Program-made: the position numbers and the translations under genes | The notes under the pieces: generated by a model | Databases searched by the model: none | Seen by the model: only the letters and a program-made list of their open reading frames with translations | What the model was told of the DNA's origin: nothing | From: Tubulanus polymorphus | Taxonomy: Eukaryota > Animalia > Nemertea | Direction of reading: 5' to 3' | DNA length: 64,000 nt | NCBI RefSeq assembly: GCF_964204645.1 | Contig: NC_134026.1 | Coordinates: 4,487,950-4,551,949 of the forward strand | Shown: positions 61,353 through 64,000 of the stretch, piece after piece | How positions within the stretch are numbered: position 1 is the first letter of the stretch | Layout: each line of letters starts with the position of its first letter

Positions 61353-63819
61353 CTATAGTTCGTCGTGCCCGCTAGTTTTTCCCGTTCCTTGACTGTTGCA
61401 CAAGGCCGGCGTTCTAAAATCGAATAAATATTCACACCGACTCGGCTCGGACGCGCTATACAGCTCGTTCGTCAATCCGCAATGAATGTTTACCTAGAAT
61501 AATGAACATTCAAATGGCTATTAGACACTTATCCTCATTGCTTCTCTTCACCCAGGAGTAAATGGGTACCTGGCCTGACAGATAACACCTGAGCACCTAG
61601 CAGCTGCTCGGGTGTTACTTCACCGCAGGGAGAGATCACTGATATGGTTAGAATTATAGTCTGGGGGTATCAACACCGATTTATTGGAAAGCACCGTTGA
61701 ACATTGTATCACAGTGAAAAGGGCGCTATAGGAATCAAATTACTATTAATCACTACACTATATGTCTCTTTACAGGGTTTAAACCTGGGTCAGTGAATTA
61801 TGGATAAGTTGTATAAATAAATATTAAGCAACTAAATATACTCACAGTTGCTGATCTTTCAGGACCGTTCCAACAGCCTGTTCCGTGTTCAAATTTCATT
61901 TGACTATATTTGTTATTTTCTGGACCGCTCCAAGTTCCCCAGGTTCTAAAGATTATGAGAAAGAAAAATTAATTCTACTCAAATGTTTCGAAGCCATGAA
62001 TTAATACGGCAACAATTTCTATATCATTACAACATACCCTAAATTAGTTTCATGACCGCCAGCTTTAGGAGCCTGCGAAGCCCTTTCAAACGGACAGATC
62101 TTGTATGTATATTCTCGGTCCGTAAATTCATAACATTCTCCTTTCAACGGGTAAAACTCGTTATTTGCCCCCATGTCTAACGCAAGGGTCGTTTGAATAT
62201 CACTGAAAACAATAATAATTCCATAAATAACATGATTTCTTTTGTATACAACTTCCAAGAGATTATGCTCGTAACTAGCAGACAATTCCAAGGAAAAACA
62301 AAAATCTTACCTCATTTGTCTATTGTGCTCATTCAATTTGTCTTCAGCTTGTTTGAAAGTGTCACGCGCTTGATCAGCCACTAGAAAAGACAGTTTTTTG
62401 AGAGGATTACTCAAAGGAATGTATTATGAAGTTATGCAAATAACAAATTCATGTAACATTCTATGCAAAACCTAGAGCTTTCCTTGATCCAGATATATCT
62501 ATTTGCAAACACCATTACAAGCTCATGAATATAACACTGTAAATTTACCTTCAATTAGTTTTTTCGTCTCTTCGTCATAATCCGGCTTTTGATCTTCATC
62601 TGGCTCTTCAGCATTTTCATCTTTTCCTTCTTCTTGGTCTTCATCTTCGTCTTCTTCGTCTTTAGGTAGTTCCTCTTCCTTCTGAATAAACACGGAATGA
62701 TTTCATGTTCATCTTACGACGAAAAACAATCCAGTGGAAAAGTCACACGTTGAATAACATAAAATCAGCATAAAAAACAATGAGTGGTATGCATATTTCC
62801 CAACATCAGACGATATTCTGATATCCTTGACCATCAAAATTGGATGAGGATTACTGAAAAAAGTATTTCAATAAAGGGAATTCTAGAATCAGGATGCCTA
62901 TATGAAACCACCTCCAGTAGAATATGTTAAGAGCTGAAGGTAATAAACTAAGCATATCAATACATATTTTCACCCTAAACTAGAGATTTCAATAAGGGGC
63001 AGTTTATGGCACCAGTCAATTTTACTGGATCAAGTTCCGGTTATCAGTTAAATTTGACCCATAAAACATTGAAAATGAAATGATTTCAACTCTTCAGTTA
63101 ACTCTTACTCACGACTGTGGAACCGGGCCCTGAAGTTTAGATTAAGTCCATTATTCGCAAATTGAAACCCATGTACCTTAATACGAGGTTTAATGAAGAG
63201 AGTTGCACCCTGGATGCCTGCTAACTGAAAACTACAACCGGCATATAAGAAGTGGGAGAGAATTTGGAATACCTCTTTATGACCTTTAATTTTTATGCGC
63301 AAGCGAGGCATAAAATCATGACCAACGCCAGGGGCAGGTCGCTGCTGCTGCTGCTGCTGCTGCTGTACGACCTGCTCGTGGATGATCGGAAAAACAACAA
63401 AAGATCGAAAAAATACTTTTAAGACCAATTGAAATGAGAAAAATTTCGCCATTCAAAGAAAATGTGGGGTCTGGGGAGTATGTAGAAAATGTGAAAATAC
63501 CAAAACGACGACCATTCATTAAGTAGGGAAAACAAGTCAAATGTGTCCATTGAATAATTTTTTCCCACTAAATTATGTACATAGGAAAAGATGACAAGAA
63601 TTTCACAGACCCCTCGTTAAACTATATGGAAAGCCCAAACTTCAACAGATTTTCAAAACGAAGACAAACTAAGAGATCAAAATATTTCTTTCGTCAATAT
63701 CCTTTGCTCGTACTTACTGGTTTTTCTGCTTGTGGCTTCTTGTACATATGTTTAATACTCTCCCATATCTTGCCTTTATACACATCGAAATTGATGCTTT
63801 CCTTATCTTCGAAGTATTC
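61353..63819 (-). CDS. PRKCSH: Glucosidase II beta subunit, 3' part (5' exons beyond the window)
   Basis: Exons 63819-63718, 62681-62549 (acidic linker, PDYDEETKKLIE), 62380-62311, 62202-62038 (EFYPLKGECYEFTDREYTYKICPF), 61945-61846 (GTGCWNGPERS), 61493-61353 (EPSRCEY...HDEL*): MRH domain plus ER-retention signal. Confidence 0.95.
61526..61748 (+). mobile_element. SINE fragment (Deu-domain-like core, L2-like tail) in last PRKCSH intron
   Basis: cttcacccaggagtaaatgggtacc core and aagggcgctata...attacta tail, recalled as typical of Deu-SINE/L2-tailed SINEs; not database-checked. Confidence 0.55.
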
Positions 63820-64000
63820 CTTAAAAAATGACATAATACTGTAGCAATACAATGATGGAATTAACTGATGCATTTTTTTCAATGCCAGTAGAAATTCGTG
63901 ACAGTTTGTAGTACGTTTGAAAAGGTGAACATTCAACAACATGGTATCACAAAATAAACAACTTTGAGAAATGCTATTTACAACAAGGAACTGACTTATT

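Overview
AT-rich, intron-rich animal genomic DNA, probably a marine invertebrate; the taxon cannot be fixed from this window. Genes assembled by hand from splice signals: a 6-exon orphan type I membrane protein (7662-9051, -); a 3-exon small secreted CUB-like protein (9720-10433, -); ECM29/ECPAS (22230-39327, +) with an intronless class A GPCR nested antisense in one intron; a melatonin-receptor-like GPCR; an NWD-type DUF4062-NACHT-WD40 protein; a Ctr/SLC31 copper transporter; a divergent 4-exon GPCR; and the 3' part of PRKCSH ending in HDEL. The 11.7-22 kb region is a nest of non-autonomous elements, minisatellites, a ~0.9-kb long inverted repeat and near-perfect palindromes. Most notable: (1) two related minimal type I hammerhead ribozymes in Penelope-like termini, one in sense orientation inside an ECM29 intron; (2) the NWD protein has a Walker A Lys->Thr change and a C-terminal CaaX box; (3) a family of CATC-terminated TIR elements with 8-9 bp target duplications; (4) three tandem structured hairpin units with a hammerhead-like junction. 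Gene models and folds were read by eye and not checked computationally.
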